Shown here: in pieces, positions 1-12,483 of the stretch
Layout: every line of letters begins with the position of its first letter
How positions within the stretch are numbered: the stretch's first letter is position 1
DNA from: Cetorhinus maximus
Taxonomy: Eukaryota
Assembly: GCF_964194155.1 (NCBI RefSeq)
Contig: NC_135901.1
Span: 11,098,001 to 11,162,000 of the forward strand
DNA length: 64,000 nt
Direction of reading: 5' to 3'
The notes under the pieces: model-generated
Told to the model about the DNA's origin: nothing
Databases searched by the model: none
The model's input: only the letters and a program-made list of their open reading frames with translations
Made by a program: the position numbers and the translations under genes

Positions 1-90
1 GTGTTTGCCTACAGATCCCTGAAGGTAACAGCACAGGTAGATATGGTGGTTAAAAAAGCACGTGGAATATTTTTCTTTAATAGCCAAGGC
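1..90 (+). mobile_element. CR1 LINE ORF2 fragment
   Basis: cacaggtagatatggtggttaaaaaagca..ggaatattttt is the degenerate 'QVDxVVKKAxGIL' segment of CR1 ORF2 seen in other copies in the window. Confidence 0.55.
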
Positions 91-223
91 CTGCATATCT
101 CCAGCATTTTCTGCTTGTATTTAAATCTATATCCTTACGCTTGAAGTTAACAAACTGATTGGCTAAGGGGGTGTTACAATAAAATACAGTAACTACCCAC
201 ATATACTTTCTGTCAGTGTGGGG

Positions 224-576
224 TCAGTGCGCCCCCCCACCCCCACATTTCATCCAGCTCTGAAGAGCTTGGAGATTGGGATCTGTATGAGTAATGGCAG
301 CTATAGCTCCCACAATCCTCCGCGTTGGTGAAACCGCTCTATCCGCCACACGGCGGGCGACCCGGGACTGCGCATGTCCAAGGGAGAGAGAAGCTGCGCA
401 TGTGCGGAGGAGTGCCCCTGCTCTCCCCAACATGACCATTAAGTTGAGATGTTGACCAATGGGAAGACTTGGAGGACCAGAAGTACTCTGTTGCTCTAGC
501 CAATCAGAGCGCAGGCTTTGTGTCTCCAGCGCTTGAGCTTCACAGAGACGAAAACTTCCTCCTGTGTCCAACATCT
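224..576 (+). promoter_or_regulatory. CpG-rich promoter and non-coding exon 1 of ZNF-A
   Basis: ZNF143/SBS-like GCTATAGCTCCCACAATCCTCCGCG (300-324), two NRF1-like TGCGCATG sites (~369, ~395), two CCAAT boxes (~456, ~500), exon end AACATCT|GTGCGT at 576/577; inverted paralog at ~59100-59485. Confidence 0.7.
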
Positions 577-649
577 GTGCGTAAAACACTTTATTTTCTC
601 CCCCTTTCCATTTCTTTTCTAATTCTGAGTTTAAATTGTTGACTTGCAG

Positions 650-699
650 GAACTGAAGGGAAAGGAATTGAATCCAGGGAGGGTGCAGACTCTGGAAAG
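650..699 (+). other. Predicted 5'UTR exon 2 of ZNF-A
   Basis: ttgacttgcag|GAACTG...CTGGAAAG|gttggc; the same mini-exon recurs at 12484-12532, ~41100-41146, ~49494-49540 and ~58980-59029 (all minus strand). Confidence 0.6.
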
Positions 700-1022
700 G
701 TTGGCCCAGGTCTCTCTCTCTTAAAGACATTGACATCCTTTGCTCCCTCAGCTCGACACATTTATTTGTCTGGCTAAAAGGATGGTCTCTTCCTTAATGT
801 TCATAATTAAGGGGATGGTTTCCCCAGGAGATGGCTGGCATTTAAGGGACAGTGAATTAATATTGGAAGTGTTATGTCGAGTGTTGTTATATGATACATA
901 TTAGAGATATTATTTATGATTCTTTAATCATGTACATTTATTATTATTTCTATTCTTGTAATATATGTGGTGGTAGCATTTTATATTTCCAACCATAGAG
1001 TCATTTTGGCATTCAGCGACTT

Positions 1023-1428
1023 TAGTCCATGCCAACTCTCCAAGATTAGCCTGGAGTCTCCAGGAATTGAAGACCATTCGCCAATTCACTGCTGCGTGCA
1101 ACCCTGGAGAAAATTCATCAGGAAATTAATAAAGATTGTTTTTTTTTTGTAATTTTCTTAGAACATTTCACTTTGCCAGATATAAAAATATTGAAAATGT
1201 GTGTGGGGATGGAGGTGGGGTGGTGGGCGGCTGGGGAGGGTGTGGAAGGCTGCTTGGCTGACAGTTGAGTATCATCCAAGTGGGTAATGAGTCTTTTTGC
1301 TTTCCAATTGGTGTAGGAAGGCAGTGCGGCACAAGGTTGGCTGTGTTGGTTGATTAACAGCTGGAACGTGGAGGTAAATCATGCGGTGAAACCTCCAGGA
1401 ATACATTTCATCACAGTTGGCAAGCTTA
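1023..1428. mobile_element. Non-autonomous hAT-like DNA transposon (MITE)
   Basis: Ends resemble the TAGGGTTGCCAAC / GTTGGCAACCCTA TIR (..tgccaactctcc; gttggcaagctta); interrupts a CR1 tail that is contiguous in the paralogous intron at ~42190-42280. Confidence 0.5.
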
Positions 1429-1594
1429 GTCCTCACTCACTCTCCATAAAGCAATCCAGGCAGTCCCATTCACCCTGTAGATTCTCATAGTCTTGCAAGT
1501 TTATTTCCTGCAAATGCCTACTAATTTCATCCTCAAATCATTGTTAATATCTGCTTCTACCAGCATCGTAGGCAGCAAGTTCCAAGTAAATCTA

Positions 1595-2345
1595 AGAGTA
1601 CTGTATCTGTAACTCAGCATCAGAGTACTGTATCTCTAGCTCAGCATCAGAGTACTGTATCTGTAACTCAGCATCAGAGTACTGTATCTGTAACTCAGCA
1701 TCAGAGTACTGTATCTGTAACTCAGCATCAGAGTACTGTATCTCTAGCTCAGCATCAGAGTACTGTATCTCTAGCTCAGCATCAGAGTACTGTATCTGTA
1801 ACTCAGCATCAGAGTACTGTATCTGTAAATCAGCATCAGAGTACTGTATCTGTAACTCAGCATCAGAGTATTGTATCTGTAACTCAGCATCAGAGTACTG
1901 TATCTGTAACTCAGCATCAGAGTACTGTATCTCTAGCTCAGCAGCAGAGTACTGTATCTGTAACTCAGCATCAGAGTACTGTATCTGTAACTCAGCATCA
2001 GAGTACTGTATCTGTAACTCAGCATCAGAGTACTGTATCTGTAACTCAGCATCAGAGTACTGTATCTGTAACTCAGCATCAGAGTACTGTATCTGTAACT
2101 CAGCATCAGAGTACTGTATCTGTAACTCAGCATCAGAGTATTGTATCTGTAACTCAGCATCAGAGTACTGTCTCTCTAACTCAGCTTTAGGGTACTGTAT
2201 CTGTAACTCAGCTTCAGAGTATTGTATCTCTAGCTCAGTAATAGAGTACTGTATCTCTAACTCAGTAGTAGAGCACTGTATCACTCAGCAATAGAGTACT
2301 CTATCTCCAGCTCCACAATATAGTACAGTATCTCTATATCAGTAT
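1595..2345. repeat. 27-bp minisatellite (AGAGTACTGTATCTGTAACTCAGCATC)n, roughly 25 or more copies
   Basis: Near-perfect tandem array with a variant unit (..CTCTAGCTC..), degenerating after ~2160; lies in the ZNF-A intron. Confidence 0.95.
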
Positions 2346-2634
2346 TGGAGTACTGAATATTACGCACATTTTTAGTCCTGTGATAGATTTTCATGCCTCC
2401 GTGTCCAGAACAGGAAGTGGTGAGTGTGGAACTGTCAATTAGCATGATTTGCCACATTCAGGAGAATTGGGAGGGTGTACATTAGGTAATGCAGAGTTAG
2501 AAAGGAGGGAGAGTGTGTGGGATGGAGATTTACACATTTTGGAGCATAGGAGGGAAGAATGTTCCTTAGAAATTAGAATTGTCTGTTCTGAATTTTTATC
2601 CTAGACTGATGGGATGTGTGAACTCCTTTTACAG

Positions 2635-3736
<1,102 letters not shown>

Positions 3737-4009
3737 AGGTTGGATCCTGCTGCTATTGCTGCTGTTAATCATATCCAGAACTGAACCATGTTCATTCTGA
3801 AAGTTGGTAGGGCCAGAGGGTTTCTTTCTGATGAACTGGTCAGTCTCATGACTTTGCTTCCAGTGGGCTGATGCTCTTTGAATGTGGGAGAGTACATTTC
3901 CACTGAAATGATCCACAAAAGCTGATGAAGTACATTTAATTATCCTGGATAGTAAATAGTGTTGTTCCTACCAGGTTGATCTAAAATAAATAAATTTGTT
4001 TTTCTCCCA

Positions 4010-5160
4010 TTGAGTCTACAGCACATGGCCAGGCCAGTCGGCTCCATTGGTATATGTCAGTATTTGTGCTCCACGTGAGCCTCCACCCACCCCTCTTCAT
4101 CTCCCCCATCAGCATATCCTTCTATTCCTTTCTCCCTCTTGTTTGTATTTAGCTTCTCCTTAAATGTATTCATGCTGTTCACCACCACCACTCACTGTGA
4201 TAGCGAGTTCCACATTCTCACCACTCACTGGATAAAGAGGTTTCTCATGAAATCCCCATTGGATTATTGAACCCCTTCATAATCTTAAAGACTCCCACCA
4301 GGTCACCCTTCAGTCTTCTCTTTTCTAGAGAAAAGCAGCCCCAGACTTTCGCGAGGGTTGAAATGCTCTCATTTCTGGTATTATTCTTGTGAATATTTGT
4401 TGCCACTTCTCCAGTGCCTCTATTTCCCTTTTCTAAATGGAGATCAAAAATGTTAACAGTCCTCCCAGTGTAGTCTAACCACGGTTTGAAACAAGTTGAA
4501 CATAACCTCCCTGCTTTTCAATTCTGTACCTCTAGAAAGGAACCCGACAACTGAGCCCCGCACTTTAGACAAGATGTGAAATTATGCGAGAGGACGCAGA
4601 GGAGAATCGTGAGAATGCACCAGAGATAAGGGTCTTCAGTTAGTTGGAGAGACGGGAGCAGCTGAAATTTCTGTCTTTCGATCACAGAGTCATTAGGGCA
4701 GAGAAGGAGGCCATTCAGTCCATCGAGTCTATGTCGACTCGACAGAGCAAACTAATCTGTCCCATTGCCCTGTTCTATCCCTGTTACCCTGAATGTTTAT
4801 TTCCCTCAAGTGTCCAACCAATTTCCTTTTGAAATTATTCATTGTCTCCTTTTCCACTGCCCTTATAAGCAGTGAGTTCCAGGTCATTCCCACTCACTGT
4901 GTAAAATATTCTTCCTCACATCCCCCTGCATCTCCTCCCCAAAAGCTTAAATCCGTGTCCCCCAGTTCTTGTACCATCAGTTAATGGGAACAGCTTTTCT
5001 TTGTCCACTTTATGTAAACTTGTCATAATCTTGTACACCTCTATCAAATCTCCCCGAACCTGAGAAGAAATGACTTGCTGGGTGTCCTCGGGCTGGCATG
5101 GACAAGATGGGCCGAATGGTCTCCTTCTGTGCTATAACTTTTCTATGGTTCTATGTGGGA
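4010..5160. mobile_element. Old CR1 fragments forming the shared 3' flank of the ZNF cassette
   Basis: CR1 3'-end and ORF2 remnants in both orientations; the same mosaic recurs at ~8780-9380, ~37880-38570 and ~51740-52940. Confidence 0.65.
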
Positions 5161-5400
5161 ACCATGGCGTCTGGGACATACCATGGAGCATTTAAGTGGA
5201 GATTGCGCTTCTATCCAGAGTGCAATGGTAATGCTGCTGCACTTTGATACTACTGCTCAGACATGAGCAAGTGTCAGCTCTTAGTTGAATAATATCTAGC
5301 CACTGTCACCAATAAGTGTTATCACTGTGAATCATTTAAGAGTTTGGGAAAGGGGGACAAAAGGTTAACTAACTCCCTGAACCCCATTTTCTAACATCGC

Positions 5401-5985
5401 TGTGTCAAAAATAAAATCTCATCTCCCCCTGTGGCTCCTTTACCTTAGAGGGACTCATTTTCTGTTAAAGAGCCTGCCACTCTCCCTAAAGTGCATAAAT
5501 CTAATCATGTAAAGCCCAGCAAAATCAAATATTTTTTTCTGATAAGAGTTTATTCAGGAAACATAACACGGTTAAAAAGAAGAAAATTACTTAAGGATCA
5601 AAGACAACCAGAGTAAAAGGATGTGCACAATGTTCTGGACCCAAATGGTTTCTCTACAGCTCCTCTGTACGCTGTTCCCATCACTCCCCGCTTTGGTCAC
5701 AGGGGAACTGAACCCCAGGGGTCACGTCACTATCAGCCCCGGTCGCCCCCCACTCCTTCCCCAATTGGTTGGAGGCCCACTTCCCAGTTAGCCTTCCAGC
5801 ATCTTCGTGTTAGTCAATACCCATGGCAATTTCTTAAATGCGATGCAGACCCTGTTATTCTCAGCTAAATTCAGCCCTCAGCTCCATCATTGACATGAGC
5901 AAGAGACAGAAAGGAGCCAGAGGCTCAAATGGGAGTTCAAAACTTGTGGCTGTAAGCCAACACTAACATTTGTCAGTCAAATACA
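5401..5985 (-). mobile_element. Probable solo LTR
   Basis: TG...CA ends, minus-strand AATAAA near 5550, CCAAT/CRE-like block at ~5720-5775; no clear TSD. Confidence 0.3.
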
Positions 5986-6090
5986 TGTTATTTATATTGG
6001 AGTTTTGATTATTAGATTTAGGCACTAGAGGCAAAATGTGGGGAATTTAAAGGATAACTTTCCCTTTCTAACTTTGTATTGTCTATACTG

Positions 6091-6550
6091 TCAGCCATGG
6101 CTTAGTGGATCACACTCATATCTCTGAGTTAGAAGGCTGAGGGCTGAAGACTCACTCCAGGGACCTGAGGACAAAAAGCAAAGTCAATATTCCAAGTGCG
6201 AGCACTGAGGGAGTGCTGCACTGTTGGAGCTGCTGTTCTTTGGATGAGTTGCTAACTCAAGGGCCCTGTCTGCCCCTTTGGGCGGAGATGGAAGTTCCCA
6301 TGGCCAATATTTCGAAGAAGAGCAGGGGAGCTATCCCAGGTGTCCCAGCCAATATTTATCAATCAACATCACTAAAAACAGATCATCTGCTCATTATCAC
6401 ATTGATGTTTGTGGGATCTTGCTGTGTGTAAACTGGCTGCCATGTTTCCAACTTTACGACAGTGACTACACTTCAAAAGTACTTCATTGGCTGCAAAGCG
6501 TTTTGTGATGTATTGTGGTTGTGAAAGACGCTATATAAATGTAATATCTT
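6091..6550 (+). mobile_element. SacSINE1-type DeuSINE, near full length
   Basis: tRNA-like head, Deu-domain (..TTCGAAGAAGAGCAGGGGAG..GGTGTCC..GCCAATATTTATC..) and tail acttcaaaagtacttcattggctg..gctatataaatg. Confidence 0.8.
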
Positions 6551-6585
6551 AAATTTAAGATTTATATTATATGATCTTGCGATCT

Positions 6586-8080
6586 GTAACTTAATTGATT
6601 TCAGCTTGCCACTTAATAAATTCACTTTGGTCCAAACAAGATTTTAACCAATTAAGGCAAAGGCAGACTTCTCTGGATAGTAAACTTAAAAAAAAAACTT
6701 TTTTTATTCATTCATGGGATTTGGCGTCGCTGGCTAGGCCAGCATTTATTGCCCATCCCTAATTGCCCTTGTTCAGAGGGGCATTTAAGAGTCTGGAGTC
6801 ACATGTAGGCCAGACCAGGTAAGGGCCGCATATTTCCTTCCCTGACAATGGTTTCATGAGTCATCATCAGCCTTTTAATCTCATTCCTATTGAATTCAAA
6901 TTCCATCATCTGCCATGGTGGGATTTGAACCCTGGTCCCCAAAGCATTACCCTGGGTCTCTGGATTACTAGTCCAGCAACAATACCACTACACCATTGCC
7001 TCCCCCAGACATTATAAGATAAAGGTTTACTTAACGATTTTAAGACATTAACTTTTACAACTTCATGTGGGTGATCAGTCCGTAGAAGCGTCACCCTCCC
7101 TGGCTCCTTCTTTGACAGTAATTTCCTTGGAACTCAGCCTTGGGAATCTTCAGTACTTGGCTAGCAAGGAAGACCTTTGGAACCTCTACTTTTATCCCCA
7201 AAGTGACCATTACCTCACATCAGAGTGGGGCTTGTTGTAACATGACAATTGGTCAATTTAGTTGCTAGATTAATTGTATTCACAATTACTTACACGACCT
7301 TCTCTCATTATCTTTGACAGGAATACAATAGAACGGTTTCATACTATCCCTTTATCTGATTCTATACAATGACAGGTTTTCAGACAGTTTCAAATGTTGA
7401 GGCTAATCAGAGCTTGAAGGTCTCTCTTGCCAGTACATTTATCTTCATTGCACATTCTTTACATACACAGCAATGAAGGTTTCACATCTTTACAGTGAAT
7501 AAAACTCAGTCTTTTACTATAACTACTGATTCATTATTGATTCATTAATTGTAACTCAATTAAGGCTCACTACTTAAACATCTGTTACTGACTGATAGTT
7601 AATTAATACAGTAATATTTAATTAATACATTTGGTTAATACAAGATACAGTGGTTCAAAACAACAGATTATGGAAAACAATAGCTTTATTTTTTACTAAT
7701 CTTGATTGGATTAAACATGAGCCTTATTCTTAAACTAGATTTTGGCAGAATATGATGTCCTATAGCTTATCAAAATTAGAAAATAATTTATTTGTTTAAA
7801 CAATTTCTGCTAGCTCTGCAGTTCCTAGAAAAAATAAGTTTATATGGTGTTCATTTTTAAAATGCAGATGCACCCGTTATAATATAATTATCTATTACAT
7901 TGATTCACGAAGTGGTAACTTATTCAAGGTTCATTACTGAATAATCATCTGGTTCATGGCTGGCTATTAATACAAAACCAATAGGTATTTAATAAAGAAA
8001 AGTTATACAATGTGCAAAAGTTTCAAGAAGCCACATGTTAAGAGTTTAAAATGGCTTCCTTGACCTTGTTACTTATAACA
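6586..8080 (-). mobile_element. LTR-like element with nested SINE
   Basis: TGT..ACA termini; right end aaaatggcttccttgaccttgttacttataaca recurs at ~37103-37135 and ~32399-32430. Confidence 0.4.
6700..7005 (-). mobile_element. tRNA-derived SINE with LINE-derived tail
   Basis: Minus strand begins ggggaggcaatggtgtagtgg (A box) and has gggttcaaatccc (B box); its 3' tail matches the LINE end at 46686-46760; other copies at 24378-24690, ~26690-26960 and ~56030-56262. Confidence 0.8.
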
Positions 8081-9664
8081 GTGAATAGAGGATGAAAGTG
8101 ATTGAATTTTAAAATGAAATTTGACTACCCCGCCCTGTCTATAGTTTCATACATTACAATGATGAAACTTCAAAACTACTTCATTGGCTGCAGAACACTT
8201 TAAGAGGTCCTGTGGTCCTGAGAGGTGCTATGGAAATGTATTGTTTCGTAATTGTCCAGAAAATTGGATATATTACACACAATCCCCTCGTCAGAACCTT
8301 AATTTTGTGTAATAACCACATCTTTGCCACCATTTTGAATACTATGTGAAACTTCAAACACACAATATCCTGAATTATTTGTTTTAAAACACAGCAAGTT
8401 GTTGTGATTTGGAATGCACTGCCTGAAAATGGTGCGAGAAGCAGATTCACTTCTATCTTTAAAAAGGGATCTGGACAGATTCTTGAAAGGAAAAGAAAAC
8501 TGCAGGGCGACTGGATTAATTGGGTTGTTTTTCAAAGAGCCACCATGAGCATGATGGGCATAATGGCCTCCCTCTTTGCTCTGTGAGCCTCGTAGGCATT
8601 TAAAGTGAGTGGTCATGACCTGGAATCTGCTTCCACTCGAGGGTAAGAGAAGCGGGGATAATTGGGTGGACAAATAAACCTATAGGGACGTGAGGATGGA
8701 ACGGGGCAATGGAACTAACTGATTCACTCTGGAGAGCTGGCATGCAATTGATGGGCCGAATGCATAATTCTATGATCTAAAGAGAGCAATTTCATCTACT
8801 CCAGTCTCTCCAACTAACTGAAGTCCCTCACCCCTGGTGCCGTTCTCATAAATCCTGTCTCCAGCCTCTCAAAGAATTCACATCTTTCCTTTAATGTATG
8901 GTCCATATGTAGGGTTCCATTATAGAGGGATAGAATTTGAAAAGCAAGGAGTTTCTGTTCAACTTGTTTGGTTAGACTAACTGGGAGTACTGTCAACATT
9001 AGTGATCTCCATTTAGAAAAAGAACAATATCAGAACCGAAAGCATTTTCTTCACTGACACTTTTCAGAAAAAAGAGAGAAGACTGAAGGGTGACCTGGTG
9101 GGAGTCTTTAAGATTATGAAGGGATTCAATAATCCAATAGGGATTTCATGACAAACCTCTTTACCCAGTGAGTGGTGAGAATGTGGAACTTGCTCCCACA
9201 GCGAGTGGTGGAGGTGAAAAACATGAAAACATTTAAGCAGAGGTTAGATACATACACGAGGGAGATAGGAATAGAAAGATATGCTGATGGAGGGAGATGA
9301 AGCGGAGGCTCATGTGGAGCATAAATACTGACATAGACCAATTGAGTCGACTGGCCTGGCCCCGTGCTGTAGACTCAATGGAACAGAGACAAATGTATTT
9401 ATTTGTGATCTATCTGTAGTGGTAGGAAAAACACTATTACTATTTAGGATATAATGAATGTACTTAATCAGCTTTGTGGCTCATTTCAGTGGGAATGTGC
9501 ACTCCCAGGCTCAAAGAGCATCAGCTCACTGGAAGCAAAGCCGTGAGACCAGCCAGCCCAGCGGAAAGAAGCCCTCTGACCCTCCCACTTCACCAACAGT
9601 CAGAATGAACATGGTTCAGTCCTGGATGTGATTAACAACAGCAATAACAGCGGAATCCCTGCAA

Positions 9665-10759
9665 TCATCTGTGAACTCGCTGGTGTCTCATCAAGTTGGA
9701 TGACTGAGTGAATCCCTTCCCACAAGCGGAGCAGGTGAATGGCCTCTCCTCAGCATGCACTTGCTGGTGCTTCAGCAGGGTGGATGAAAGTCTGAATCTC
9801 TTCGCGCAGTTACAGCAGGTGAACGGCCTCTCCCCAGTGTGAATTCGCTGGTGCATCAGCAGGTGGGATGAATCACTGAATCCCTTCCCACACTCAGAGC
9901 AGGTGAATGGTCTCTCCCCGGTGTGAACTCGCTGATGTGCCTGCAGGGCGGTTGACTGAGTGAATCCCTTCCCACACTTGGAGCAGGTGAACGGCCTCTC
10001 CCCAGTGTGAACTCGCTGGTGTCTCCGCAGGGTGGATAAATGAGTGAATCCCTTCCTACACTTGGAGCAGGTGAACGGCCTCTCCCCTGTGTGAACTCGC
10101 CAGTGGGTCAGCAAGTTAGTTGACTGATTGAATCCCTTCCCACACTCAGAGCAAGTGAAAGGTCTCTCCCCGGTATGAAGTCGCTGGTGTGTCAGTAGGC
10201 TGGATGACTGAGTGAATCCTTTCCCACAGTCAGAGCAGGTGAATGGCCTCTCCCCAGTGTGAACTCGCTGGTGTGTCAGCAGGCTGGATAACTGAATAAA
10301 TGCCTTCCCACAGTCAGAGCAGGTGAACGGCCTCTGCCCAGTGTGAACTCGCTGGTGTATCCACAGGGCGGATGACTGAGTGAATTCCTTCCCACACTCG
10401 GAGCAGGTGAATGGCCGCTCCCCAGTGTGAAGTCGCTGGTGTGTCAGCAGGCTGGATAACTGAGTAAATGCCTTCCCACAATCAGAGCAGGTGAACGGCC
10501 TCTGCCCAGTATGAACTCGCTGGTGTCTCTGCAGGGAAGATGACTGAGTGAATCCCTTCCCACACTCAGAGCAGGTGAATGGTCTCTTCCCGGTGTGAAT
10601 TCGCTGGTGTATCTGCAGGTTGCCTGAGAGAGTGAATCCCTTCCCACAAACAGGGCAGGTGAATGGTCTCTCCCTGGTGTGACTGCGTCGATGATTTTCC
10701 AGTGCAGATGGGTTCTGGAATCCCTTCCCACAGTCCCTACACTTCCACGGTTTCTCCAT
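9665..10759 (-). CDS. ZNF-B, tandem C2H2 zinc-finger protein, 13 fingers, 364 aa
   Basis: Uninterrupted ORF from MEKPWKC; 13 canonical fingers with TGE/QRP linkers; coding exon acceptor at 11115; upstream promoter and exons at 12484-12900. Confidence 0.88.
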   Translation of the reverse strand: MEKPWKCRDCGKGFQNPSALENHRRSHTRERPFTCPVCGKGFTLSGNLQIHQRIHTGKRPFTCSECGKGFTQSSSLQRHQRVHTGQRPFTCSDCGKAFTQLSSLLTHQRLHTGERPFTCSECGKEFTQSSALWIHQRVHTGQRPFTCSDCGKAFIQLSSLLTHQRVHTGERPFTCSDCGKGFTQSSSLLTHQRLHTGERPFTCSECGKGFNQSTNLLTHWRVHTGERPFTCSKCRKGFTHLSTLRRHQRVHTGERPFTCSKCGKGFTQSTALQAHQRVHTGERPFTCSECGKGFSDSSHLLMHQRIHTGERPFTCCNCAKRFRLSSTLLKHQQVHAEERPFTCSACGKGFTQSSNLMRHQRVHR

Positions 10760-11359
10760 TGTGTGGGTGTCCTTGTGTCTCTCCAGTTTCAACAATCAGT
10801 TGAAAACACTTCTACAAACAGAACACGTGTACAGTCTCTCCCTGCTGTTAATGGTCTCATGTTTTTGTCAAGCTGTGTAACCTGTTAAAGCTTTCTCCAC
10901 AGTCAATGCACTGGAACACTCTCACTCGGGCCTGTGTGTCTCGGTGCTTTTCCAGTCACACTGATGTTAAAAACCTTTTGAAGCAGACAAAACAGACAAA
11001 CAGTTCTCCTTCTAGATTCAAAGGCCGATGATACTCACATCGTGATGAACCGAGTGACTGTTGACGTGACGTTTAGTTTGAGATTTCAATTTGCAAATCC
11101 TCCCCCTCTAATGTCCTGTAAAAGGAGTTTACAAAAGTCATTGCTGTCAGTACAGAGGAGAAATTCAGAACAAACAATTGTAATTTTGATGGAACATTCT
11201 TTCCTCTTTCATTCCCCAAAATCTCTGAATCTCCATCCCGCACACTTTCCCTACATCCTCATTCTGCTGTACCAACTATACACCCTCCCAATTTTCCTAA
11301 AGGTGCCGATTCAAGCTGATCGACAGATTCATGTTCACCGCTTCCTGTCCTGGAAACGG

Positions 11360-11960
11360 AGATTATAAGAAATGGGAACAGCAGTAGGCCATTCATACCA
11401 TCAAGCCTGCTCCGCCATTCAATAAGATCATGTTTGATCTGATGTGGCCTTAACTGCACTTTCCTGCCTGTCCACCATAATCATTGACTCTCTTGTTGAT
11501 CAAAAATCTGTCTAACTCGGCCTTGAATATATTCAATGACCCGGCCTCCACTGCTCTCTGTGGAAGAGAATTCCAAAGGCTAACGCTCCTCTGAGAGAAT
11601 AAATTCCTCCCCATCTCCATCTTAAATAGGAGACCCCTTTTTTAAACTGTGTCCCCTTGTTCTAGATTTCCCCATGAGAGGGAACATTCTCCCAGCACCT
11701 ACTCTGTCCAGCTTCCTCAGAATGCCATTTGTTTCAAAAAGATCACCTCTCATTCTTCTAAACTCCAATGAGTTAAGGCTCAACCTGCTCAGCATTTCTC
11801 AGATGACAATCTTTCATCCCAGGAATCAGCCTAGTGAACCTTCTACAAATGGCTTCCAAGCCAGTATATCCCTCCTTAAGGAAGGAATCCAAAACTGTGC
11901 AGAATACTCAACGTGTGGCCTCAACAATGCCCTGTGCAACTATAGTAAGACTTCCAAAAA
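11360..11960 (-). mobile_element. CR1 LINE 3' portion in ZNF-B intron
   Basis: CR1 3' end and C-terminal ORF2; a matching copy lies at the same intron position in ZNF-E (~40600-41030). Confidence 0.75.
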
Positions 11961-12483
11961 AATTTCTTTATGTGCAGTGGACCGGACCTGGAATAGGGAT
12001 AAATGGAGCTTCTAGCAAGTGTAAGTGAGCCACATTGTGAGCCCAACTGATAATCTTTTATTGGGCCTGGACCTCAGCGGGGAAAATTTGTCTAGGCATT
12101 GTGCCTTTTCAATTGAACAAAAGCTACATGGACAACTATTCCTTGTCATTTCCCCCAGTGACATCTCTCAACCAACTGGATTTGATTCGGATTTTCTGAA
12201 TTTAAATAAAAGCTAGCCATGATTGTTCCCTGGTGCATACCCCAAAGCAACAACTTGACCTGAGTACACTTGCAAAACAATCAGCTCACTGTTTTACAAT
12301 ATGAATTATTGTTCCCTTTGAAATTTGACATTCTCACATCTATTTTGATGCGTGCAAATGAAAAGCTTCGACAGAATCTCTCTTTTTACAGCAATACTCA
12401 ATGTCTATATTACTGTACTGTCTCATTAAATACCAGCCAACTACTGGGCAAACCACCCCTTTCACTGAGAGAACTGGGGCAAC

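Noticed and set aside
1592-2284. 230-aa ORF (QYSDAELQI)n
   Set aside because: By-product of a 27-bp minisatellite that is stop-free in several frames; intronic and antisense, with no gene signals
1595-2345. CRISPR-like array
   Set aside because: No unique spacers, no cas genes, and the context is eukaryotic
6900-7005. tRNA gene
   Set aside because: The A/B boxes belong to a SINE head that continues into SINE body and tail; no full cloverleaf
10444-10731. Alternative-frame ORFs such as MGRDS...TSEFTLGRG (also 20156, 39737, 47508, 57576)
   Set aside because: Shifted-frame translations of C2H2 repeats
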